A DNA stretch of 64,000 bases from Podarcis pityusensis (lineage: Eukaryota), in assembly GCA_964106645.2 (NCBI GenBank), contig OZ067043.1; one strand, given 5' to 3'. Below are positions 24,065 through 37,575 of the stretch, one piece after another; positions within the stretch are counted from its first letter, which is position 1; every line of letters begins with the position of its first letter. A program made the position numbers and the translations under genes. A model generated the notes under the pieces. It was not told the origin of the DNA, made no database searches, and worked only from the letters and a program-made list of their open reading frames with translations.

Positions 24065-24788
24065 CACTAACTAGTCCTCTGTTACACATGGATTTGATGC
24101 ACCTATCCTGCCCTTGAAATTAATAGATTTTTGCGCTCTTTCTTTAGTTTTCCAAAATCTTTAGATTGGTGTTCTTTCATGCAATACTTTGGTTCATCAT
24201 TAGTTGATCTGAACTTGCTAAGAAGCTTTTTGCTTTTTTAAAAACACTTCTTAAAAATTCAAACCTATGCCCTTTTGGATTTTATTTTCTACATTGTCCA
24301 TTTTGCAAAGTATGGCTTGCACCATCCTTTCCCAAACTAGTACCCTTCATATGTTTTTGGACTGCAGTTCCCATCATCCCTGACCATTGCCAGTGCTGGC
24401 TGGGGCTGATGGGAACTGGAGTCCAAAATATCTAGAAGCCACCAAGTTGGGTTTGGCTGACTTTAGATGCTATTGTAGCATACAACCCTGAATCTGTCTC
24501 TCTTCCTTCAGCTCCCAATACCAGGTTCCTTGACTTCCACCTGACGCGGAGTTCTCAACCCCAGTTGTCCTGGGACACAGTGGGCTACATTACACTCTCT
24601 AGATGTTGTCCCATGTAGGTGTGTCCAGGAATTGGATCAGCTCTAGCGAGTTGCCTACCATTATTTGCATTATGAGTTATAAACCACTGATAATTACTGA
24701 TTTTCACCTATGACAGTGTTTTCCCTTTGAAATAAAGTGGTGTCACTGATGTGTGTTAGGATAATGTGAATAATGCTTTAATGTGGCT

Positions 24789-25119
24789 AAGGTAAAGGTA
24801 AAGGGACCCCTGACCATTAGGTCCAGTTGCGGACGACTCTGGGGTTGCGGCGCAAATCTTGCTCTATAGGCCGAGGGAGCCGGCGTTTGTCCGCAGACAG
24901 CTTCCGGGTCATGTGGCCAGCATGACTAAAGCTGCTTCTGGCGAACCAGAGCAGCGCACCGAAACGCCGTTTACCTTCCCGCCGGAGCGGTGCCTATTTA
25001 TCTACTTGCACTTTGATGGGCTTTCAAACTGCTAGGTGGGCAGGAGTAACAGGAGCTCACACCGTCACGGGGATTTGAACCACCGACCTTCTGCTCGGCA
25101 AGCCCTAGGCTCAGTGGTT
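24789..25119 (-). mobile_element. Sauria SINE, broken in the tRNA head
   Basis: (AAAGGT)n tail and body match the other copies; similarity stops after CTAGGCTCAGTGGTT. Confidence 0.9.
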
Positions 25120-26453
25120 GTCACGAGGTTTTCCTCTGCTGAACTTTAACACATACTCTTGGACTAACTGGAGGGGGCGAGGAAGATGGCACCGGGTCAA
25201 GTCTCAACTGAGTCTCTGCTGCATGAGTAGGAGCTCTAATTATCAAATTACCCTGATGAAAAGGCTCAACCTATGAAAATATCTGCCAACTTTTATCAGT
25301 AAAAGACTCCGGGAGCTGTCGGGTGGACTTTTAAACCTCCCTTCCCTTTCAAAGCTACTTAAATCAACTTTGAACCACCTCCCTTGAAAAGCCCATAAAG
25401 CTGTGGGCTGGATAAAATAGCCCTATTTATTTCCGAGTACGAAGATGGTACTTACAAGACACATACTCTTTAAAAAACAAATACCTTGTAGGCAATAAAT
25501 AGGAGTTGCAGACGTTTACTGTATGATTTCACTGGGTGAAAGGTGGAAATTCCTTACCCAGAATCTCTGTGCTGTTGACTGTGCAGCTACTGGTGCATCA
25601 ACTTTCTGGGAGGACAGCCAAAGATAGCTTTAGGGGTAAGCAAAACAGGTATCCATTTACCATAACTAAAAGCGAGGGGTAATCTAGGAATGATTCTCCT
25701 TGTGACTGGGCCCCTCACATAGCAGTAGGAGCAGAGAAACATGTTTTCCACAAAAGCGGAAGAGGGCATGGCTAGATCAACACCATCAGCCAAATGTTTC
25801 CTTCTGTCATTTGATATCTGTGATTGTGCCAGTTTTATTCCTAGGAGCAATTAGAAGTCAAATAGGGTAGGATTGAAGTCTAGCGTGATAACAGGAAGGG
25901 GGATTTATGTAACCTCTACCACTTCGAAATTATCTGTTAAGCAAATTTGTTAGCTTGGGAAACAAATATTCTTTCTAGGAATACTTAATGAAATCTAGAA
26001 GACAGGCAAAGTAGAGAAGCCGACATTCTTTGTTGAGACCAGTGTGGCTTGATAAAAGGATTCCATCCACGTTTGCAATGTTTACTGAACTTTCAGAAAA
26101 GGAGAGGTGTGGGTTGCAACCCCAAGCATTTCACCAAGGAATTGATCCTAGCACGATTTATTTCATGATTTATTTGATGAAGAGGCCACCTTAGAACAGA
26201 AAACGCTATTTACACATCTATTTTGAGACCAAAAGGCAGGCTGCAGACATATTAATAACAAAAATATTTAGGATTGGGCTGCAAATCTGCTTACCTTGGA
26301 AGTGAGACCCCTGGAAACCAGTGGGGCTTGCTGTCAATGCTACTCTGGACACAGCTGTCGTTAAATGTCCTACCTTGTGTTGGTCCTTTCTTTGTTCTGG
26401 TTTCCATTACTTTCACCTTTAATTAATTAACTGTGGGTCTTTTCAAATCCTAG

Positions 26454-26563
26454 GTACCAATAGGTATTTCCGGAGTATAGCATCAGAGATGGGCCTGAAA
26501 ACTATTTTTGTTGACTGCACCAAACTGGAAAACCTCAAGGCTGCAATTACACCAGAGACCAAG
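26454..26563 (+). CDS. CTH: CTH exon 4 (GTNRYFRSIASEMGLKTIFVDCTKLENLKAAITPETK)
   Basis: 110 nt, tag|...|gtaac, in frame. Confidence 0.96.
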
Positions 26564-27419
26564 GTAACAGAGGAATGCTCATAAAACAGTGTTTGCAACA
26601 TTCCTGGGATGACTTTATTATATCAAGCCTCCTCGGTTTACAAGGGCCTGGGAGTGACTGCAGATGTGTAGGAGAGGGAAATATTAAAGTGATAATACTA
26701 CAGATCACTTATATACTGACAGTGTTGGAGCAAACCCTTCTTTGCTTTAAGAGGAAAACACAACGGTAAATCATGTAGCTGTCACTCCTGATCTCTGGCA
26801 AGTGCCTGGTGGGCATTTGCCAATGTAAGCAGGAATGGTGTAAGTAATATGAAGATTATTTTTTGAAAACATTATTGGGTATGATAGGAATTGGAGCAGG
26901 ATCACTTGGATCTTGTCTATCCCCTCATGACAGCTTGGGTGATTGCCATTGGAATTCATCTGATGAACAAAACATGCATGATTGGATCCTCAGTTCTGGC
27001 AACAACAAGATGGTCATTGGATACAACCCAGGGAGTTTTCTGGGTTGGTTCCAGACTCTTGAGGCTAGCACAGCTCACATCCAAATGGCTGCAGGTGAAA
27101 TTGAAAAGCAGGTTTGATGCCCAGGATTTAAAGTCTGGCAGTTATTTCCATGGAGCCAATTGCGATTAATCAATATGGAATAGTGAATGTGCCACAACAA
27201 CAGAAAAATCTGTTCAGTGGCGGGGTGGGTGGGTGTGCACACACGCATGGATGTGTAAGCAAAAGACAAGCTCAGATTCTAACATATGTGATAGCCTTTC
27301 CGTTCAGTGTTTCCTTGAAACATAGAAGAGAAAGGCAAGTTATTGGTGATATCAACAAAATCATATACACATGTGTATCATTTCATAACTTTTACCGTCT
27401 GTCTTCTCAAAATAAACAG

Positions 27420-27551
27420 CTTGTCTGGATTGAAACTCCTACAAATCCAACGCTGAAAGTTGTTGATATTCAAGGTTGCGCTGACATTGTCCATAAGCAT
27501 AAAGGCGTTATTCTTGCAGTAGACAATACTTTCATGTCTGCATATTTCCAG
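27420..27551 (+). CDS. CTH: CTH exon 5 (LVWIETPTNPTLKVVDI...VDNTFMSAYFQ)
   Basis: 132 nt; ETPTNP and DNTF motifs. Confidence 0.97.
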
Positions 27552-28149
27552 GTAAGTTGATTACCCAGTGCTGTCCCAGAAGTGCTTCATGCATATAGTA
27601 ATTTTTTCCTTCTCAAAAATGGTGTCACAGGAGGGAACTAGCAGTGATGAACTCTTCTGTGTTAAAGTGACTGGCTCTGGTGCTGAATTTTGGATATGTG
27701 GTTGACTTTTCCAGGGTGTGTAGGCACTTAATGGCTCTTCCACATAACATGAAACGGCATGAGACCACATTTTCTGGCACGTAAACCTGCTCAATAGGGG
27801 ACACAAAGTTAATCTGGTAGATAGAGGGATATGTTTCTTGTTTTCTAGAGCAAGCTGCAGCATAGTTCTGTGCATGTTTACTCAGACATAAGCCCCACTG
27901 TGTTCAGTGAGATTTACACCCAAGCAAATGTATTCTGGATTGCAGCCCTTCCATTCCCTTGTCACTGATCTGGTAAGAAGATGTGTGGATGGTGGGATGG
28001 AAATTCCGTAATTTTATGTGGAGTATTGGCTTTTTATTGATGATCCACTGATCTTTCATTTCTTTAACGGAATAACATATTTTTCCTATTCTTAGTAGAT
28101 GAATACTCCTTTCGAAGTGATAACAAATTTTAGATTTTATCTGTTAATA

Positions 28150-28352
28150 CAGATAAATAGCTAACCTTCAAGGAGCTCCAGTTAGGCTTACATGGTTCTC
28201 TGCCTCTCCTTGTTAGTTTCACAACAACCCCGTGAATTAGCTTAGTAAGAGACTGTGGTTAGCCCTGAGTGCACTTAGTAGCTAAGTGGGGACTTTAAAC
28301 CTGGTTTTCCAGGTCCTAGTCAAGAACTCTAACCACAACACCACACTAGCAG
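28150..28352 (-). mobile_element. Old tRNA/CORE-type SINE
   Basis: TCACAACAACCCCGTGA core and CTCTAACCACAACACCACACT antisense head. Confidence 0.6.
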
Positions 28353-30063
28353 CCCTTGAAGTTATCTTCAAATTAGCCAAGTGCTGGAGTTCTTGTCTCC
28401 CATCTGTATCAGATCTCCCTCCCCCTCTTGCTGTATATAAGAATCTATTGAGGAAGTGAAGGTGTCCAGTTACCAGCCTAGCTAACATTTCTTCTGTGGC
28501 TATACTGAGAGGAGCTGCATTGCACTGGTAACTCTGTAGTGTTATATGGCAGGTATTAATAAGTAATGGCTTTAGCAATTCAATGGACCCCAGAGTTGCT
28601 GTGTCAACAACTAGACCTGTGGTGTGGAATATTCAACATACTAGGCCAACCGCATAGTGAAATGCTGGAGACTGCTGCCGTACGCACTGCAAGGACTTCA
28701 TAGCACAAAGAGAAAATGTTTCAGCTCACTAGCTTCAAAAGCAACAGAAAGGTCATTGCTAGTACATTACGCCAAGTTCATGCAGTGTTTCTGTTACTGG
28801 TTTTGAGATGTTGCAAAGCGTTCCTGGTTCAACAAGTATTGGACTAACATGTTCCTTTTAAAATTTAATTTATACCTTGTGCATGAAGTCCAGCAACCAC
28901 GACCAAAAGATAAATAAAACAAAATAACCTAGATATTGACCTAGCCATCTAACCATATATTTTAGCACCACTAATGTAAAGCCACCAATAACACAAAATT
29001 ATCCACAAGAAAGGAGAAACTGGTATGATAGAGTAAGAGGGAGAAAACGTTATCGATTTAAGAAAAAAACTGAGCAAACATCTCTTTGATTCATTAACTT
29101 AACAGTTATGGTCCTACTGGGTTTTTTTAACAGTTGCATATGGTTGCACGTGATTGTGTACTTTTAATTCCAATTCATGCCAATACATGCACCATATTTC
29201 TATAAAGGTACCAACCATCTGTCTTCCTTCCCTTACCTAAGTTAGTGAACCTGATCATACACAGGACGTCCCAAATTCCTGATAGCCGTTGAAAACCTAT
29301 TTGTATTTTCAGGCCTGCTTCCAGGTTGGTTGAGGGCCTCAGGGTTGGAAGGGCCCTTGAGCTGCCTTAGAGGCAATGGCACTTACTTCTGAGTAAGCAT
29401 GCCCAGGAATTGCACCGGGAAGAAAGAAAATACAGGGTTTAACTATGAAGGCGCAGAGTCTGTAATTTAGTAACCTATTTGAAAACAGGAAGAGCTGTCA
29501 TGGTTAATAATAATAAAGCTACACTGAGACAGTGCTTGGGGAAAATACAAGGGTGGTAAAATTGAAGGCCTTTATTCTATGGAATTAGAAGCCTGATGAT
29601 GACGTGGGTCTATAATCTAGCCCCATTCTCCTTTACTAATCCTCCATGACCAAACATTCCAAATAGATTAGCTGATATAATAGAGGGAAATATTGTCCAA
29701 TTGTCCAATTTCCAGTGTGCCAGAAGCAGAGGATAGAAAAGAAGAGATGCTATGACAGTTACAGTATTTCTTGGGGAAGAATGCAATTTTTATTATTATT
29801 ATTATTTATTTAGGTCAGACCCTAATGGTTGGCTAAAACCAGTTGTTCCACATTCATTCCCTATGAGAATTTAGGGCAAAGAGAGAAAGAATACTCGCAA
29901 GAAGATACTTTAGCATTAGTCATCTTGCTTAAGAAACCCATATCCAGTTATGTAGTTCCCAATGAACAGGGATATGCAGTGTAAAATTCCTACAGCTTCT
30001 GTTTACAGATAATAAAGCAGTACTTTTTAATTCTGAATTCATGTGTTTATTTTGTTGTTTCAG

Positions 30064-30121
30064 CGTCCTTTATCTTTAGGAGCAGATATCTGTATGTACT
30101 CAGCAACCAAGTACATGAATG
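30064..30121 (+). CDS. CTH: CTH exon 6 (RPLSLGADICMYSATKYMN), PLP-binding K212
   Basis: 58 nt; SATKY motif, with the lysine at codon 212 of the assembled CDS. Confidence 0.97.
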
Positions 30122-31131
30122 GTAAGTGCCTGAGTGTTGTTGCAGAAAACTTCCATGTTATATTGATATTTACCAATCCGACATTACAAACAGTCAAGGC
30201 TACCAGACCTAAAAGGCATTCTATTGTTTCTTTCTACTTTCAAGTTTTTATTTTCTTCATGCCACTTTGAGGGGGCTGGGGGTGGGAAGGTTGATTTATA
30301 GTGGTGCCCATAATGCATCTGCCCATCTTCCAAACACAGTAGAGGTACACAATGGTTATTGTCTAGACTGGTTTCCCTTCTGAGGACAAGGCAATATTGT
30401 ATTGAATATATACTTGCTGAACAAGGAGCTCTTTCGTTTGAAGTCTTTCTGCATTTTCATTCTTGCCCCGGGGTAGAAAATCTTCCTCAAATGTTTGAAA
30501 AACTCATTGTGTCCAACTAAAAATTGCACTGTACAGGACTGAAAGGAATCGTTTTGAGGTGCTGAGGGGCTTTGCCACTGAGCATTAGGGTCCTATCTGG
30601 TGCAAGCCTCTTTCCAAAGTACTCACCATCAAGGTTGCAAAGGCAGTAGAGGGATAATCAGTTTTTGGCTTCAAAATAAGCCACTCAAGGAAGATGGTAC
30701 TACTAAGAAGAAATAGGGTGTCATACTTTGCAACAGAAATGCCCTCTCAAGGAAAGGCTGCCTGGAACCCTCACCTCTGCCATTTAGGTTTCAGAAAAAG
30801 GCATTTCCTCACTTTTAAGAACAAACTGCTAATCTAAGCATTTTTAAAGCTTAGGCCATTTTCATTTGAATGGGCTGTTGTTTTTTAGTTTCTTTTTTGT
30901 GTTTGCTTTATGGTTTTTTATCATTTAAAAGGTGCTGTAGTTTCTAAGCATGTGGTTAAATGCCTAGTGGGCATAGATCTATGTTGACATGAAGGCTATA
31001 AATTGGGTATAATTAATTACACAGGAAGCACGTAGAATGAAAGCAGAGGAAACAGCTACAATTTTATGTCTGACTTCTCTACTTAAAGAGGGCTAATTTG
31101 CCATTTTTCTTCTGCCTCCTTGTTTCTTCAG

Positions 31132-31209
31132 GTCACAGTGATGTTGTAATGGGACTGGTTTCTGTCAATGACGATAATCTCCATGAGAGGCTCAGATTTT
31201 TACAATATT
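31132..31209 (+). CDS. CTH: CTH exon 7 (GHSDVVMGLVSVNDDNLHERLRFLQY)
   Basis: 78 nt; GHSD motif; donor |gtgagt. Confidence 0.96.
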
Positions 31210-32196
31210 GTGAGTACACAAAAAGATGTGATGAATGCAGGTTTCTGATACCTGCCTACTTAAATTCAGAACTGCATTTCTGCAGTAGTCATTTGTTTTA
31301 CACACGTTTATCTGACTTATTGTCAAAAAGCCTCCCACAAAAAAAGATTTTGCGCAGCCTTTTCTACCACCCCACTTTCCTTGGGAGCAAAGAGATTCAT
31401 TCTGACACCATAAACCAGTTTGCTCTCATGGGAAATTTGAAACTGCAGTGCTGAAGTCATGTTTCAGGCCTTACTAAGGCCTTCAGTGGCCATACATGAA
31501 TTAAGACTGAGCTGGTGTGTTTCCTCACTTGAGGCCTCTGACTAAAATTTACAGCTTGAGCTGGAACAGTTGGTGCCTGAGATGCAAGTGGTGCTGCTGT
31601 CTAGTCCATTATCTATCAGGCCTGCCCAAGCCTGAAGGTTCGTGCTTCCTGTTAAATGGAGGGCCTGTAGTTATATATCACTCAATGTAGTGGATAGATT
31701 GTTTAATTTGGGCCCTGGAAATCTAGATCAAAATCTCACAAAATCTTAAAGCTCACTGGATACCTCTCAATTTAACCTTTCTCAGAGTTGCTGTAAGGAT
31801 GCATACATTACCTCAAGGGCCTTGAAAAAGCAATGTGATAAAAAATATAATATCATTGTTTCCTTCTTTGCCTGGAGAGGATTCAAAAACCTAAATTAAA
31901 AACCACATCATTTTGCTAGGCTATGTCTCAGTTCCTGAATTTTAGGTTCCTGTTTCAAAACTCAGAAGCCTGAATAGCTGCAATGCCACCTGAATGCTAT
32001 ATTTTAACTTTTTGATTAAAACTCTGCTGGGGTTTGGGCTTCTGTTCTGAACATATGTCTATACTTTGATGAGCCAGCAGTATTGTCTTGCTGAGTTCCT
32101 CCTTATACTTTTCCCCAATGGGGCTGAAAAGCCTATTCAGCAATAAAGCCATTAGCAAAGAGGGTTATCTCTGTGTTTCTTTTTTCCCTTTTCCAG

Positions 32197-32349
32197 CTCT
32201 TGGAGCAGTTCCATCACCTTTTGACTGCTACCTTTGCAACCGGGGTTTAAAGACATTGGAAATCCGCATGAAACAACATTTCCACAATGCGCTGACGATT
32301 GCCAAATACCTTGAGTCAGATCCAAGAGTTGAGAAAGTCCTCTTCCCTG
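32197..32349 (+). CDS. CTH: CTH exon 8 (SLGAVPSPFDCYLCNRGLKTL...EKVLFP)
   Basis: 153 nt; CYLC and RGLKTL motifs. Confidence 0.97.
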
Positions 32350-33124
32350 GTAAGTTGGCTTTGCAGAACCTGGCAGGGGATATAAGCTCTTGCAAAAAAG
32401 TGCCGCTGGCTGTAATTGGAGCGAGGAGAGAAGCAAAAGAATCTGCATGACTAAGTGGACTCTTCCAGCCCAGTAACTCAAATGACTGATAAAGGGTGGA
32501 AACAATAAGTGCTTGTGAATGACTTGTTCCATATCTGCCTAGGGCACAGTTTGTTATTTGAATTTCCCTGCCATGCTGTCACTTTCTTCCCTCTCACATA
32601 TGTTCACCACACATTCACAATTTTTACATGGTTCAGTTGACTTATTTCTTTACACACACTCATCCCAGGCAAGCCATTCAAAATCCTAGTCTTCTCATGC
32701 ATTATCCTTTCATAAAGCTTAAACACATGTAGAAGATGGAGAGATATTGAACTGTTGGCCCAGCCCCTGATGTCCTTTGCAGCTCCCACGACCTCTGTGG
32801 ACACCTTGAAAGGGGTGGCAGCTGTCCCTTGGAATATGTAGTCATCATGGGATCAGGGGTTGTAACAGCAGGTCCTTGCTCCACCTTATGGAAGTGAACC
32901 TTGCAGAGAGACTTGCATAATGCAGTTTATATAACTTTTGTAACCACAATTCTTTTATTTTTGACAAACAGCATTTTCAAACTTAACTCGCTTGGAACCA
33001 TAGCAATAATCAAAGTACATTTTATGCCTTGGACTAGCGACTTCATATTTTAATAGATTGTGTGTGTTTTAAAGCAACGATAACCTAAATCCGGATGCTT
33101 TAAATAATGCATAATTCATTTCAG

Positions 33125-33246
33125 GATTGCCGTCACACCCGCAGTACGAGCTGATGCAACGCCAGTGCACAGGCTGCCCAGGAATGATCTCCTTTTACAT
33201 TAAAGGAAACCTTGAAAATGCCTCCACATTTCTCAAAAACTTAAAG
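33125..33246 (+). CDS. CTH: CTH exon 9 (GLPSHPQYELMQRQCTGCPGMISFYIKGNLENASTFLKNLK)
   Basis: 122 nt; GLPSHP and CTGC motifs. Confidence 0.96.
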
Positions 33247-34949
33247 GTAAGAAAGAGGCCTGATTTGCATTGCTTTTGAAAGAGGAACACTCCCGGCCCC
33301 TCCCTTGTCAGGATATGGATGCTGTAAAAGACTTTGCAATATGCTTCTTCCCTTAAAGGAAGCTTTAAAGGACAGGCTGCCCCAAATGTAAATAACCAAC
33401 CTTGTTATGCAAAGTGACACTAATGACAGGGAAAGAAAAGGAGTATTTTAGAAACGATGTGTTCATTCAGGCAACTGCTGCTTGCCTAAGATATCACGTA
33501 GTGCCACCCAAGGCCAGCCAACTCTCCTGTCTGGAATTCTGGAAGCAGGGGAGCCCTTGCTTATGTAACACTGGCCTGGTGTTTTGAAATGCCTGGCATT
33601 TGTGCTGAGTCCTCAGAAGACGCTTGTCAAATCAATGCCTCATCCACATGTATCACTGGAAAAGTATGCTCCTGCAAAGACTGCTGTGCAGTCATTTCTC
33701 CTGAATTTCTGCCAGTGGCGTATCGTTCATCTTGGCTTGCGCCCGCTGGCTGCGAACAGGCATACTTTGGTTTCACCAAAAGTTGGCACCTAAATTAACA
33801 ACAAGGAATGAGCCAAGAGCTTTACTGTACTTCAACAACAACTGAAGATATAAACATCCCACAAACTAGGGCTGGCTAACTTTCCCCTCCCTGCTCATAA
33901 AATGATCAATCTGATGACCAGGGAGGGCGCACAGTTTGTATCCCCATCAGGCACCGGGCTGGGCAGATAGGTTTACATTACTACCCTGCAGTGCTATGTC
34001 TAATTAATACCTTTTTGCAGCTTCTACAAAAATTATTGGGGTCTTGCTGAGGAGGGCAGATTGGGCACCCCAAACCAGGAGGTAGCCACGCAGTCCATAA
34101 ACAACTAACAAAGTCCTAATCCACCTTCTGGGGGCAGGTGGTAATATGTTTATCACAGTCATTTACCCCCATATTGCTTTAATTCTATCCCTGGCTGCTA
34201 TAAACCAAGCAAGCAAGAGGAGAATCGTATATCACTCCCAGAAAATGCCCAAACACAGGTTTTTGGAGAGTCTCTAGAGAACGGAAATTTCGCAGAAGCT
34301 CCTGAGAATGCCTGTTGTTCCCCTGATTTTTTGATTTATTTATATTTGCTCCTAGGTGGAAAACCTGAAAAGCTTTTCCTGGCCTGTATCTGAGATTGCC
34401 ATGGCACAAAGAGACAAATGTGGTCTCTGGTGCTGATAGGAGTTGTAGTCACCAGCTTGGCCAAGGCTGCTTATGCAATTACTATTAGTTAACTAGCAGG
34501 TAGGGAGTTGTGCTCACCCCCTTTGGAATCCTGGGAGCTCAGGGGCCCATAGGATTTAATAGGGCAGGGCTGCTGAATACAGTGCTGCCTTCTCTTCTTG
34601 CCATCCTTCCATAGGGCAGCAATTCAGTGCAGGCTTGGCAGCTACAGTCTCTTTCCCATGCCCTAGTACAGGCTTGCGGGAGAAGCCATATTTTGCCACA
34701 AAGATCTCCATGTCATGCAGAAAGGAAGGCACATTCTGGCATCTGCCATTGGCCAGGGGACGAAGGCCACTAGGAAGCTGCTCCCCTTTGCTCCCAGGAA
34801 CAAGTTTGCTTCTGCTCCTCTCAGCCCCAGCTGACTAGAGAGCTGACAGCCACAGACTCTGCCCTTATTTGTAAAGGGACCGAGTTTCAAGTGAAAAGTT
34901 GAGTGAATGAATGCTGAAATATAAAGCTCTGTATTGTTCTTCTTTTTAG

Positions 34950-35002
34950 CTTTTTACGCTGGCTGAAAGTCTAGGAGGATATGAAAGCCTGGCAGAGCAT
35001 CC
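34950..35002 (+). CDS. CTH: CTH exon 10 (LFTLAESLGGYESLAEHP)
   Basis: 53 nt; AESLGG motif with E339. Confidence 0.96.
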
Positions 35003-35721
35003 GTAAGTGAAGTTAATCTGAAATCTCTGTTGGAATCAACTATATCCTTATTTTATTTTAAATCTGTCTAATACTTAATACGATTCAGACTAACGAACAC
35101 AATAATAATTTGGCCACAATGGCCAATACTGTACTTTATCCCACCATTCTTTCAGTGAAGGGAGATTTCTTTTATGTAGTAAATATATAACTTATGAATT
35201 CTTTATCTGAAGGGCTGATCCTTCAATGTAGTTGAAAACTTAAACTTTTTGTTAAGGTTAAACTTAAGGTTAGGTTAAACTTAATTTTAAAGGCCTAAAA
35301 TTCGTTTGTGAATAAATTATATTCCTCCCAGTATCTTTTAGCCTCCAAGCATTACTGACATAAGCTATAGTGTTATAATTTCTCTTTTTTGCGCTCCCAA
35401 AAGGTGGGTAACTAATTTTAAATTTACCTTATTTTTACTGCCATCATATCATCTTGCCCTCATCTTGTTGTTGTTGTTGCTATTGTTGTTACCTATAAAA
35501 TATCCCGCTAGCAAATTTGTCTTTTGAATATACTAAAACCAGTGAGAATTCTTATTACCTTGGAGGATTGCAGTATTTTACTGCAGTCAACAAGATAATT
35601 ACATGCGAAGTATTTTTTAATTTCTTTTGCTATTTTAAAGTCCTTATTAGTATCCAATTTCAAGCCATCTGCCACTTCTCAGCCCATAATGTATCTATCC
35701 CAGATCCTTAACCAGTTAGAT

Positions 35722-36405
35722 CACGGGTGTCAAACACAAGGCCCGCGGGCCGAATCCGGCCCGCCAGACCTCGTCATGTGGCCCATGTAGCCGCCGCCAG
35801 CCGCCAGCCTTCACCTATTATTCTCGCTCTTTTTTTTTTGACACAAGAAAGCCGCCTCTTCAGCGCATGCGCGGCAGCCTACAAGCCAGAGAATGTCTGC
35901 CCTCTAGCGGCGCCGGCCGTTCTACACAGGAAACCTCCACTTTACATGCATTCAGGAAACCTCCACTTGTTTTAGACAGAAGCAGAAAACAATTCTATCC
36001 AACCAAATATGATGCTAAGTTCCACTGCTGTTTTTAAATGACTTCTGCCTTTTATGATTTGCCATTAAATTTAGAGGTATCTTCTCTCCTCATCCATGTC
36101 CTTTAGCCAGTTCTCTGCTGCTGAACAACATTCAACAGGTGTTGATTCCCCACATTTTATGATGATGTAAACAGATTTTATCTTGTTTGTAGCCTTGTTG
36201 TGCACTGCTTAGACACGATGGTATTAAGCCAGGCATGTCCAAAGTCCATTTTGGGGGCCTAATCCGGCCCGCTGGTTGGTTTAATCCAGTCTATCTCCTG
36301 GGGTAAAATCCTAAAAAAAGCTCAACAACTTCAACTTTGGTTGGCCCTCATGCATGTTCATTTCATCAAATCTGGCCCTCTTTGAAAAAAGTTTGGGCAC
36401 CCCTG
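35722..36405. mobile_element. Composite non-autonomous hAT (Charlie-like) element
   Basis: Ends CACGGGTGTCAAAC / GTTTGGGCACCCCTG; TSD agttagat / agttcgat; a second left-end-like sequence at 36230. Confidence 0.75.
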
Positions 36406-37309
36406 AGTTCGATGTTTAAAGAAAATCATCTTGGCATGAACAGTTCTACTGCTTTTTTTTTGCTTTCTCAAAAAATGAACTGGCAATCTGCTGTTTTAAG
36501 CTGTGTACGGAGGAGGGCATGCTTGGTACAGGAAACCCTGCTGAAGAGCATATGACTTTGTAAAAGTGTGTATTTTAACGATAGACATGGTACAGATTGG
36601 AAGCGTCACTTTATCCCTTCTAAATTACTGCACCTTTCAAATTACAGGAGTTTGGTGCTAGCATTTCTCTGCCTCTTAGCAAGATTTATAGCCAGGAAAA
36701 ATGACAAGGGTAGTGAACACAATCTTTTTCCTGGATGTCATCCTGTGGCCGTATCGAACCCTCTGGTTAACAAGATTGGCCTGTCCAAATTGGATAGAAT
36801 CCCTGCAGGCCCTGTGAGACCTAGATGGGATGGAAAACAAGGTACATCTAAAAAATAAATAAAGATAAAATAACACTGCAAGCTGGACATAGCTAGGTCC
36901 GAATCTCTTGGCAGGGCCTCTCATTTATCAGGGAAATTCACATTTGTTTCTGGGTCTTTCTAGACCACCACAAAAGCCAATAAGATGCCACATAGTGGAG
37001 TGGCAAAGGTTCCACCTCTCTGCTGACAAGACACACCAGTAACTTTTAGGGTCTCGGTAGGATTGAATATGTTTACTGTTGTCCTTGGAAGCTTTCTTGC
37101 TGCGTTCTGTCAAAATGTAACTTTTCCTGTCCAGGGTTGAGCTCTGGGAAAAGCTGAGCTTTTCTAAACAAGAACTTTATGGCAGAAGGATGAAATTGCT
37201 TCTGAAAGCAAGTGTATGGTATCAGTTGACTAACCATCATTACCTCCACCCCCAATAATGTTGCCAAGAAAACACCCCATCAAACAAACAAACAAACAAA
37301 TAAAAAAAA

Positions 37310-37575
37310 CCCTGCCCATCTGACTGGGTTTCTCTGGCCAGCTCCCAACAGAATATAAAAGCGATAAAACATCAAACATTGCAAACTTCCCTAAGCAGAT
37401 GTCTTCTAAAAGTCAGATAGTTGTTTATTTCTTTGACATCTGATGGGAGGGTGTTCCACAGGGCAGGCACCACTACCAAGAAGGCCCTCTGCCTAGTTTC
37501 CTGTAGCTTCACTTCTCTGTGAGGGAAGCGCCAGAAGGCCCTCAGAGCTGGACCTCAGTGTCCAGACTGAACGAT
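37310..37575 (-). mobile_element. L2 LINE 3' fragment
   Basis: GGGAGGGTGTTCCACAG...AAGGCCCT pattern of an antisense L2 ORF2 end and 3' UTR. Confidence 0.7.

Noticed and set aside
28855-29225. Possible antisense L1 3' end in CTH intron 5
   Set aside because: Composition is suggestive, but there is no clear TSD or protein motif.
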